Below are positions 26,168 to 33,838 of a stretch of DNA of 33,838 nt, one piece after another. Each line of letters starts with the position of its first letter. Positions within the stretch are counted from its first letter, which is position 1. The position numbers and the translations under genes were made by a program. The DNA lies in contig WAPT01000012.1 in NCBI GenBank assembly GCA_015520605.1, forward strand, positions 1-33,838, read 5' to 3'. The DNA is from Nanobdellati archaeon (lineage in GTDB: Archaea; EX4484-52; WAPT01). A model generated the notes under the pieces. The model ran no database searches, had not been told where the DNA came from, and worked only from the letters and a program-made list of their open reading frames with translations.

Positions 26168-27328
26168 TCATTTCCCCATAAGTTCGTCCTTCCACCGGGT
26201 AAGGAGGGATGCAAAGACGAACGGCACAAGCAGAGTTGAGAGAGAAGAGGCGGCAACGAAAGCGCTGTAAAGTGATAGATCTATAACTCTATTCTTTAGG
26301 AGAAGCTTGGCAACCACGAGACTCGTGCTGAACCTCACACATAACCCTGTACCGACAACAAGCTTCTCTTTCAAATTCAACCTATCTGTCCCTCCCACAA
26401 TCACCGAGAGATACTTGCTAATGACCGCAACGCCAAAGATGGCAAGTGTCAGCATCGGGCAGGAGACGACCTTTCCCAGATCCATGCTGACCCCGACCAC
26501 AAAGAAAAACAGGAGCGCAAAAAACCCATAGGTAAGGGCTCTTACTTTCATTTCAATATCGCTTTTTAAGCTGGGTGTCAGGATGTTCCCGCACACGATT
26601 CCCGCGAGTATGGCCCCTACTGCTTCCACACTCCCGTACTGACCGATGCTAACATACCCGAAGAAGATGAACATACACAACCCAAGTATGAGGTATTTCA
26701 TTTCGGAACTACGTATTCTTTTCTCGATAAATTTACGTGATTTTAAAAGAACAAGGGTAATACCAATCAGAACAGTCAGAGAAACTAGGCCTTCCTCAAC
26801 GATATTCGTTATGTTGGCGCTAACAAGGAACGATGCGAGAATTATTGCAATTATTTCGAAAATATCATCGAGAGTTCCTGCACCAACCACAACTTCACCG
26901 ACTTTGGTGTTGGTGATCCCGAACTCATCCAGGATGGGAACAAGTATCTCCTCACCCACGGTGGCAAGCGCGAGAGAAATGACAAAAGCAACACTTAGAG
27001 AATAGTGAAAAAAGCATGTTAACAGTGCGGTGCCTGCCAAACTGCTTGCGAGAATGGTGAACACAGTTAAAGAGGTTATGTACCCGCCCAGCTGTTTTAT
27101 CTCAGTAAGATTTATTTCGTATCCGATTATGTAAAGAAGGAAGAGCATACCAAGCTCGGAAAGCTGTGCCAAGTAATTCATGTTCTTGGCTAAGTTGTTG
27201 TGTGTGACGGACAAGATGGCGCCGAGTAAAAAGGATCCGAAAATCCAAGGTATTCTGAATTTTTCCAGCACAACCCCTATGACAATAGTTGCGAAATACA
27301 TTACGGCCAGAAGGGTGAACAAATCCAT
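26168..27328 (-). CDS. Cation:proton antiporter (CPA2/Kef-like, no KTN domain)
   Basis: Polytopic membrane protein; LSELGMLFLLYIIGYEI, GAGTLDD, FFFVVG. Minus-strand TATA (TTTTTATAT) about 23 nt upstream of the ATG. Confidence 0.9.
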   Translation of the reverse strand: MDLFTLLAVMYFATIVIGVVLEKFRIPWIFGSFLLGAILSVTHNNLAKNMNYLAQLSELGMLFLLYIIGYEINLTEIKQLGGYITSLTVFTILASSLAGTALLTCFFHYSLSVAFVISLALATVGEEILVPILDEFGITNTKVGEVVVGAGTLDDIFEIIAIILASFLVSANITNIVEEGLVSLTVLIGITLVLLKSRKFIEKRIRSSEMKYLILGLCMFIFFGYVSIGQYGSVEAVGAILAGIVCGNILTPSLKSDIEMKVRALTYGFFALLFFFVVGVSMDLGKVVSCPMLTLAIFGVAVISKYLSVIVGGTDRLNLKEKLVVGTGLCVRFSTSLVVAKLLLKNRVIDLSLYSAFVAASSLSTLLVPFVFASLLTRWKDELMGK

Positions 27329-27539
27329 AACATAAGGTGATACATTAACTAATATAAAAATCTTTCAACATTTCACGTGCTGTTTCCTGCTTTTTCCTGC
27401 TTTAAAACATGATTTTTAACACAGGCCATGGGTGTTTGTGTCAGAAATATATCTCAAGAGTTTCACTGGCGGGAAGAAAATAATTTTTAAGTTTTCCGTG
27501 CAATCAAATTGGAAAAGCAAAATTACGGGTGATCGGGGC

Positions 27540-27713
27540 ATGAGACATCCCGTAGTGGATTCGAGTACGGGTAGGGTTTACATCGATCCAGTTAACGGTT
27601 TTTATGTCGAACACTGCAGTAGAAATCCGGAGAAGTTTCAAAATAAAGTGGAACAGTATCGGCCAGAGTTCCAAAAGGAAGGTGTGGTGGGTATAAAACA
27701 CCTTGTGTTGTAA
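27540..27713 (+). CDS. Possible small hypothetical protein (57 aa)
   Basis: ATG 27540 is preceded by GGGTGA, and further upstream by purine-rich GAAGAAAA plus TTTTTAAG (27484-27491). No family recognised. Confidence 0.35.
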   Translation: MRHPVVDSSTGRVYIDPVNGFYVEHCSRNPEKFQNKVEQYRPEFQKEGVVGIKHLVL

Positions 27714-27751
27714 ATCCTGAAGAGAACATTTCTATCTTAGATCCTGCTGTG

Positions 27752-27799
27752 AGATTCTATAGGGTTTAGATTCCATAGGGTTTTTATTCTATGGGGAAC
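27752..27799 (+). repeat. Three degenerate 16-bp tandem units
   Basis: AGATTCTATAGGGTTT / AGATTCCATAGGGTTT / TTATTCTATGGGGAAC. Confidence 0.6.
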
Positions 27800-27906
27800 G
27801 AGGGACTAAGCCGGCGGGTCAATGAACTACGTTAAACACGGCAATGCGGTCACGAGAATGAGACGTTTCCGTAAGATTTATTATCGCTTCTGTTCTACAA
27901 AGTCCT

Positions 27907-29094
27907 ATGCACAAAAAATCGACTGTTTCGTTTCCACATAAGATAACTCCAACTTTTTATGCCTCCATTTCTCACTTTCTCGTGCTTTTCGGATACAAGA
28001 TGTTCTCCCTTTATTATCCGCTTTTCCTCGAGAAAAAGGGGTTCAACCTTGCGGTTATTGGTTCGATGTACATGCTCATTTATATAAGTATGGCTGTTTT
28101 CAGCCTACTTGTGTGGCGGATCGTTCATCGCAGTCCTTGTCTGGTGAAGTACATTATTCCTATTGGCATCGTCGGATATGCGGCTTATTCCGTCGGCATG
28201 ATTACTGCAAAGACTCAGCTACACTTCTACATATGGCAGCTTGAACTCGGGTTGAGTGCGGCGTTATTCTACATAGGCGTAAGAAGCGTGATTATGGGGC
28301 ATAAAAGCAGATCCTATGATAAGGAATTTCTCTATTTTTACAGCGCTCCTTTCTACTCCAACTTTCTTGCTCCAACCGTCGGTGGTCTGATTTTGTGGGC
28401 ATTTTCATTTAGAGAAATTTTCGTAGCTTCTCTTTTCGTTTATCTCATCGCGATAACCTTCGCATATCTAAAATGGAATAAGATTTCCATCGAAAGAATA
28501 GCAAAACATAAAACCTCATGCGGAAGTATCTTTGATCCGCTGAAAAAAGAAGGAGTAAATGTGATTTTCCTTACGGTAGCATTTCTTGCTATGTTTTCAG
28601 TGGGCATTTACAGAGGGTTTTTTGTTCTTCTTCTCAAAAACGAGTTCGGTATGAATAAAAGCAATATAGTTGTGTGGATAGCGGTTACATCCTTCATCTC
28701 CATACCCATCTCGTGGAAGCTTGCCCGTTTTGTGGAAAAAAGAAGAAGTGAACATAACCTCCTCGTCGGGAACTGCATTTCATCCGTTATGGCTCTGGCT
28801 GTTGCTCTTTGCTTTACACTTCCCGCCCTTTTTTTCATTTTTCTAATTGAGTATGCCGCCAAACTTATCTCAGAGAGCGGTAAGAGTGGATTGATAACGC
28901 GATTCTTTAAACATGATGAGGAGGGCGGAGCTGTTTTCGATACTTTCCTGACGGCTTTTGGTGTGGCCTCCGGGGCGTTTATCGGAGGAATGATGGCGGG
29001 TAGTCACGGCATAAGAACAGCTTTCCTCATGGACAGCGTGGCTCTGTGTTTATCTCTCATCATTGCTGTGAGCTTTTCCCGTAAGACACGCTAA
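27907..29094 (+). CDS. Major facilitator superfamily transporter
   Basis: 395 aa, about 12 TM in two halves; PLFL...G, APTVGGLI, GAFIGG patterns. Confidence 0.85.
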   Translation: MHKKSTVSFPHKITPTFYASISHFLVLFGYKMFSLYYPLFLEKKGFNLAVIGSMYMLIYISMAVFSLLVWRIVHRSPCLVKYIIPIGIVGYAAYSVGMITAKTQLHFYIWQLELGLSAALFYIGVRSVIMGHKSRSYDKEFLYFYSAPFYSNFLAPTVGGLILWAFSFREIFVASLFVYLIAITFAYLKWNKISIERIAKHKTSCGSIFDPLKKEGVNVIFLTVAFLAMFSVGIYRGFFVLLLKNEFGMNKSNIVVWIAVTSFISIPISWKLARFVEKRRSEHNLLVGNCISSVMALAVALCFTLPALFFIFLIEYAAKLISESGKSGLITRFFKHDEEGGAVFDTFLTAFGVASGAFIGGMMAGSHGIRTAFLMDSVALCLSLIIAVSFSRKTR

Positions 29095-29101
29095 ACTAGG
29101 C

Positions 29102-30010
29102 TCATTCAAGGAAAACAACCTCTCTTATCTCGCCCTTGCTCTCTACACCCCTGACCACGCGCGCCTTCATTTCCCTATCATACATATTGCCCTTCCAGAT
29201 CTTATCTATGTGGTTCTTGAAGGCAAAAACTGCAGCCTTTGTGCCAACCGATTCGATTCCGGCAAGAACCAGCACTTTTCTCTCTGGATCGAAGGGATTG
29301 TCTGCAAGCACAACAAATCCACAATCATCATCATTATATTCGTTTCTGCTGATCTCGGATATGATTTTCGTGCCATATTTATCAAACCTGATGGGGAGGT
29401 GGGGATTTAACTCCTCCTGAATTGTGTTAACATGCATCCCGGCGATAACTATCAGGTTATCCTTTTTATCACTTTCATCCAGTTCCACATCCAAATAGGC
29501 GAGTCTGTCCTTACTTATTCCGTATCTTCCGAGGACGCTCGCCACTTCCGCAACCAGGTAATTGGATCTGCTCCCCTTATTCCACATACCGTGCGGAAAT
29601 GGTGCTCCAACCACAATCTTACACGTGATTCTACCATCCGTTATGAAGCCTTCGAGCAAAGGATGAACCGGGATAAAATCACTGAGTTTGATGTCTACTA
29701 GGGATGAATTCACGTATGGAGGGATATATGCAAGCCCCTTTTTGACCGTCTTAAAATATTTAAGCCCCGCATGGCTTTTTGATTTATCCTCAACCACCAG
29801 CCCGGCTTTTTTGAGCAGATTGAGATGATAGAATACCTTCTGCTCGTTCGTATTTAAAGTCCTCGCTATCTCTGAGAGATACAGTGATTTGTGAGCGAGC
29901 AACTCCAAAATCCTGATTCTTAACGGATGTGACACGGCTTTCAGCATCAGCTCGTCTGCCAGCAGAGTGGGATAAGCCCTTTTTCTTTTTTCATCTACAA
30001 TAAGCGTCAT
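29102..30010 (-). CDS. ArsR-type wHTH regulator fused to a C-terminal alpha/beta (S-layer-protein-like) domain
   Basis: KAVSHPLRIRILELL...EIAR.L...EQKVFYHL..LKKAGLV. C-terminal IVVGAP.PHG, NLIVIAG..VN, VLVLAG...GTKAAV. Confidence 0.8.
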   Translation of the reverse strand: MTLIVDEKRKRAYPTLLADELMLKAVSHPLRIRILELLAHKSLYLSEIARTLNTNEQKVFYHLNLLKKAGLVVEDKSKSHAGLKYFKTVKKGLAYIPPYVNSSLVDIKLSDFIPVHPLLEGFITDGRITCKIVVGAPFPHGMWNKGSRSNYLVAEVASVLGRYGISKDRLAYLDVELDESDKKDNLIVIAGMHVNTIQEELNPHLPIRFDKYGTKIISEISRNEYNDDDCGFVVLADNPFDPERKVLVLAGIESVGTKAAVFAFKNHIDKIWKGNMYDREMKARVVRGVESKGEIREVVFLE

Positions 30011-30035
30011 GCTACAAGATTAAGTAGCCCAAACC

Positions 30036-30103
30036 TTAAAAATATTTTTTAATCTTATAAATAATGAATTAAAAAAATTTTAAAATATTAACTTAAAAAT
30101 CTA
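30036..30103. repeat. 68-bp bidirectional promoter-like element, copy 1
   Basis: Back-to-back TATA-like boxes serving the ATGs at 30010 (-) and 30123 (+). End blocks match 33758-33825 at 17/18 and 26/28 nt with identical spacing. Confidence 0.6.
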
Positions 30104-30122
30104 CAGATCACGACGAAAATTC

Positions 30123-31160
30123 ATGTTGTTGAGAAAAGATACATGGGAAACTGCTTTGAAAAAAATAGGAAAGGTTGATGCGATAATCACTTCTGTGGGT
30201 ACATCAACCGGACCAGAATACAGAAAGTCCACCTTCAAAAAACTTGATAGACCCGTGGTAGAGAGAGCGAGAGATGCTGGAATGGATGTTGTTCTGGCCA
30301 CGGGCTGGCACGAGGAAAAAGCGCTGGAAGTTGCGGAAAGAGAGGGTGTGGACACAGTTCTTGCAGAAGGAGGTTTTATGGAGTATAGGAAGAAGGAAGG
30401 GCAATGGATAAAAAGAAAGAACATATCTGATGAGCAGGAAAGATTCGTGGATGAGGCTGCAGGAATTGCTTATAAGAAAATTGTTCATAAAATTGATAAT
30501 CCTGTCTTTTTTCTCCAATCAGATAAAGTGTGTCATTGTCCTTATGTGAATCCACCATGGGGTGTTGTTGAGAATGATCTCAAGCTGTTAATGGGAAAAC
30601 TGAAGATCGAACGTATGGATTCCATAAATATAGATGCGAGTAACCATGATATCGGCAGATACTTCAAACAGCTTGCTCAGCAATTGAATTTCAATCCGAT
30701 TTATATTAGACTGGACGGAAATGTGATGAAACCGGAACTCATTTCTTTAGAGGAGGCGAAGGAAATCATAAATGAAAACCCTGTAAGCTATGAGATGCTC
30801 AAAAGCATCCTAGATGAGGTGTATGAGGAGATTGGCAAGGAAGTGGAAATGAACGGAATTCCCGTGAAGATGCCCGACCTGCCCTCACATAATGACAATT
30901 CGTTTGATATTTTGCCCTGGCCAAAGGGTTTAGCGGTTCTCAATTACGTGCAGGACAAGGGTTATAAAAGAATTTTGCTGATAGAGAAAGGCAGCGGACA
31001 TGAGGATAAAATGAACAGGTTCTTTGAGGGAGCACAGGACATTTATGCGGTGGCGTTTTCTCCCAATGGTGAAGAGGTTTATGGTGCGCATGAAGTTCCT
31101 GTACTGAGAGAGAAGCTTTTTGCCACAGTGGTTGGTGCATACATAGATGCCTTGAAATAA
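30123..31160 (+). CDS. HAD-superfamily (Cof/IIB-like) fold protein lacking catalytic aspartates
   Basis: ARDAGMDVVLATG (motif II), VLAEGG, FDILP.PKG.AV (motif III Lys). Motif I reads AIITSVGTST instead of hhhDxDGT; motif IV reads EKGSGHED instead of GDxxND. Confidence 0.6.
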   Translation: MLLRKDTWETALKKIGKVDAIITSVGTSTGPEYRKSTFKKLDRPVVERARDAGMDVVLATGWHEEKALEVAEREGVDTVLAEGGFMEYRKKEGQWIKRKNISDEQERFVDEAAGIAYKKIVHKIDNPVFFLQSDKVCHCPYVNPPWGVVENDLKLLMGKLKIERMDSINIDASNHDIGRYFKQLAQQLNFNPIYIRLDGNVMKPELISLEEAKEIINENPVSYEMLKSILDEVYEEIGKEVEMNGIPVKMPDLPSHNDNSFDILPWPKGLAVLNYVQDKGYKRILLIEKGSGHEDKMNRFFEGAQDIYAVAFSPNGEEVYGAHEVPVLREKLFATVVGAYIDALK

Positions 31161-31496
31161 TAAGGATATTCCTCCCATAGATTTCATTTTTATATTTCAA
31201 AAGGGGATGGAAGTTGCGGGATTGGTGTCTCCTTTTATGAAATCTTTTTGTAATTCTTTCTAATGCATTTTAAAATTATTCTAAAATAATGTTTAAATAA
31301 TTTAGCTACTATTTAGTGTTTATAATTTATCAACTAATCTCGAGGTATGACAAAGACTGATCGTGAGTGATGTGATGATTAAAAAAATAAAAAATATTTT
31401 AGGAGAAAGAAATTAGAACGTCTATTAAAAAATGATGAGTTTTTGCTGAATTTTTTTGAGGAAATTACTGCAGTAGAAGGGCCAATTATAGCTATT

Positions 31497-32663
31497 ATGG
31501 GGATTAAGCCAGAGACTTTAAAGAAATTATATCAAGAGGTCAAAGATGCTAATATCGATGTATCTTTTGAAGAGCTTTGTGAAAAGCTGGCAAGGGGGTA
31601 TATAGACCGATATAAAAAAAGCAGATCACCAGAGGATCTTGAAAATGTATATTGGTCATTAGAACAATCTGTGCAGGAAACCGATGAATTGAAGAAAATC
31701 GAATTTGTATCGAAGAAATTAGAGAAGTATGCTGGATCGATAGATCCAGAAACTGTGGATAGTATTAGGGGCTTTGATGATTCAAAGAAAAAATTAGCTT
31801 TTTATCTATCGTATGGAGATCCCAAGTTGTTGAAAAAATTATTGAAAGAGTTGGAGCGAGAAATAGATAAAAGTTTGATGGAGCTTGAAAAAAGTAAATT
31901 CAAACCTACTTTTATAGAAAAGGAAGATAAGGTGATATATTCAGTGTATATCGCCGATAGGTTGGGAGAAAAAGAAAAGGTTCGACAAATGTTTAAGAAA
32001 TTGAAAAAGTATCCCGTTAATATAAGATTCGGAGTAGTGAGAACAGCAATAGAAAACTATACGAAAAATCCCAGAGAATATAAAGACCTAATCAGGGATT
32101 TAGAAGAAGAAGCCAAGAGCTATATAAAACAAAAGAGCGAATCTGGAAACATTTTATCTCTTTTGCATCAGTTTCCTACAAAACTGATTGTGGGTGCTCT
32201 CCCCCGAGAAAGAATAATAGTATATTTAGAGGACATAGGTAGGAAAATAAGAACTCCCCAAGCTCTTTCCACTTATTTAAATGACGAGAAACTGCAGTTG
32301 GCGGCAGAAGTAGGGCATGAAGAATTCCTTAACGAGATAGGATACAAAGTTTTAGAATTTTTGGAAAAAGGAGAAGCGGCTCCTACAAACATATATTACG
32401 GTGCTGCCGCCTTTATTTTAGCGAAAAATAACGAAGGTCTTGAAAAATTGATAAGAAAAACAATGGAACAGAGAGGGTCTGAGGGTGATATGCAGTTCAC
32501 TACTGGAACTTTAAATATCGGAAAACTTTTTACAATAAAAGAAGGGGATCCCGGATCTTTCTATGACGCATTGAATCTTGGGGAGCCACGATCAGCTTAT
32601 TTAGATAATCTTTTTATGGCCCTTAAACAATATGGGAATAAAGAAAGAGAACTTACACTCTAA
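31497..32663 (+). CDS. Hypothetical helical protein (about 388 aa)
   Basis: Long open frame in AT-rich DNA, K/E/L-rich. First ATG is 31497 (the track starts at TTG 31443). Confidence 0.7.
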   Translation: MGIKPETLKKLYQEVKDANIDVSFEELCEKLARGYIDRYKKSRSPEDLENVYWSLEQSVQETDELKKIEFVSKKLEKYAGSIDPETVDSIRGFDDSKKKLAFYLSYGDPKLLKKLLKELEREIDKSLMELEKSKFKPTFIEKEDKVIYSVYIADRLGEKEKVRQMFKKLKKYPVNIRFGVVRTAIENYTKNPREYKDLIRDLEEEAKSYIKQKSESGNILSLLHQFPTKLIVGALPRERIIVYLEDIGRKIRTPQALSTYLNDEKLQLAAEVGHEEFLNEIGYKVLEFLEKGEAAPTNIYYGAAAFILAKNNEGLEKLIRKTMEQRGSEGDMQFTTGTLNIGKLFTIKEGDPGSFYDALNLGEPRSAYLDNLFMALKQYGNKERELTL

Positions 32664-32665
32664 CT

Positions 32666-32884
32666 ATGGATGATAAAATGAAAAAAGGAGATATTCCGCG
32701 TGAGTTAGAACTTCTTAATGAATACATTCGATTATTTGAAGAACGCACAGGCTGGTTAAATGAGATTATAGAAACAATGAACAGAGATTTAATACACTCG
32801 GATTTAATAATTTCTTTTTTAGATTTAAATGAGGAGTTAGAAATACGTAGAAATCTAAATATAGTAAATAGTGCATCACATTAG
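32666..32884 (+). CDS. Small hypothetical protein (72 aa)
   Basis: ATG 2 nt after the upstream stop; amphipathic helical pattern. Confidence 0.5.
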   Translation: MDDKMKKGDIPRELELLNEYIRLFEERTGWLNEIIETMNRDLIHSDLIISFLDLNEELEIRRNLNIVNSASH

Positions 32885-32916
32885 AGGCCTGGAAAGAGCG
32901 AATATACTTGGCACCC

Positions 32917-33579
32917 ATGGATCAAATAGTTAAGCCGCTTCCAATTCTGTTTTATTCTAACAGGATGTATGAACTTTTAGAATCTAAAGTTTTTACTGAT
33001 CCGGAACATCCTGTTAGTCCTTTACTGGAGAAAATTGACAATATAATAAAAACGAAGGAGTATGAAGCACTTAATGAATTGCCTGATGGAATACGTAGTT
33101 TGTATTATACAATAAAAAGAATGAATGAAAATCCGGAAGAAATAGAATTAGAGAAACTTTCGTGCATAGAACAGATACTTCTAATGGAGATTGCTTTAAA
33201 AGCTTCTCAAAAGGGAATCAAAAAACTTAGAAATGACAAAGAAGCCGTAATGTTACTTAGTGAGGCGATTCCTTATATGGATGAAGAGTTCATTAAAGTA
33301 AAAGGAGAAATTTATAAAGCAACAATAGAAACGGCGCGTAAAGAGATATTAGGTAAAGAAGTGTTAAAGGTGTGTGGGACGGACATTAAAAAAAGATGGT
33401 GCGAAGTGGCAGAAATTTTTTATAATTCTTTAGAGCAGTACACCCAATGTGTATTGGAATTGTATAGAAGATATAAAAACTCTGATTATAAAATTATCAT
33501 CAACCTAAAATTGAGCACTATTGACCTAAACTATCGTCACCCTACACATAAAAATAATTCACCAGAGCTTGGAGAGTAA
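32917..33579 (+). CDS. Hypothetical helical protein (about 220 aa)
   Basis: Long open frame in AT-rich DNA; first ATG 32917; no family recognised. Confidence 0.65.
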   Translation: MDQIVKPLPILFYSNRMYELLESKVFTDPEHPVSPLLEKIDNIIKTKEYEALNELPDGIRSLYYTIKRMNENPEEIELEKLSCIEQILLMEIALKASQKGIKKLRNDKEAVMLLSEAIPYMDEEFIKVKGEIYKATIETARKEILGKEVLKVCGTDIKKRWCEVAEIFYNSLEQYTQCVLELYRRYKNSDYKIIINLKLSTIDLNYRHPTHKNNSPELGE

Positions 33580-33757
33580 ATCGTTTAATTTTATCTTTGA
33601 TTCCTTGGATTTTAATCTTTTCATTCTTCAAAACACCTGTCTCAAACACGGGTCTCTATTTTCTATCTCTGTTTCTTTAGAAACCTTCTTTCCACCTTAT
33701 CGTCACAATATTCGCGTTTTATGAATTTATCGGGTGACGGGGCAGCAAGTTCAAATT

Positions 33758-33825
33758 TTAAAAATAATTTTTAATAATGTATGAATTTTTTTCAAATAAT
33801 TTTAAAATATTAATTTAAAAATTTA
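33758..33825. repeat. 68-bp bidirectional promoter-like element, copy 2
   Basis: TTAAAAATAATTTTTAAT ... AATTTTAAAATATTAATTTAAAAATTTA, direct repeat of 30036-30103. Confidence 0.6.
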
Positions 33826-33838
33826 TTCTGTAATGATA

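Noticed and set aside
27752-27799. CRISPR array or ORB replication-origin repeats
   Set aside because: Units are 16 bp, contiguous and degenerate, with no spacers or cas genes. There is no TTCCAxxGGAAA-type ORB match and no cdc6/orc1 nearby.
367-31200. Numerous antisense or overlapping ORFs in the track (e.g. 17730-18377, 24223-24816, 25268-25903)
   Set aside because: They are shadows of well-supported genes on the opposite strand or in another frame, with no motifs or initiation signals of their own.
31372-31449. Box C/D sRNA (GTGATGA ... ATGATGA ... CTGA)
   Set aside because: Only 7 nt separate the last C-like box from CTGA, there is no D' box, and the surrounding DNA is low-complexity AT-rich.
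32666-33579. Single gene interrupted by a recoded stop codon
   Set aside because: The two ORFs are in different frames, so simple readthrough cannot join them, and there is no homology evidence for a frameshift.

Overview
Archaeal chromosomal segment. The evidence is archaeal GluRS, an rpl7ae-rps28e-rpl24e-ndk cluster, class V FBP aldolase/phosphatase, TATA boxes about 22-25 nt before operon-leading ATGs, and GGAGGTGA-type RBSs. A DPANN-like lineage is only an inference from two accessory protein types. Left to right: a DoxX-like membrane protein; two tandem divergent PNPOx-like split-barrel proteins, the second carrying a duplicated helical domain with an identical 51-bp core; an unannotated 27-aa membrane microprotein; gltX; a coiled-coil protein; an export operon (COG1361 S-layer-type protein, PadR, ABC-2 ATPase and permease, two half-size RND/MMPL proteins) behind a perfect 23-bp palindrome; ribosomal protein genes and ndk; an AT-rich type II restriction-modification pair; a ~10.5-kb divergent glycogen/gluconeogenesis cluster (GH57 amylase, GT4, a stand-alone half-GT4, GT3 animal/fungal-type glycogen synthase, amylo-1,6-glucosidase, FBPA/P, PGM/PMM); CPA2 and MFS transporters; an ArsR-type regulator divergent from a HAD-fold protein lacking its catalytic aspartates; and AT-rich helical ORFans. 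The HAD-like gene and ORFans are bracketed by two copies of a 68-bp bidirectional promoter-like element. No tRNA, rRNA, CRISPR array, transposase or integrase was seen. All family calls come from reading motifs by eye, not from database searches.
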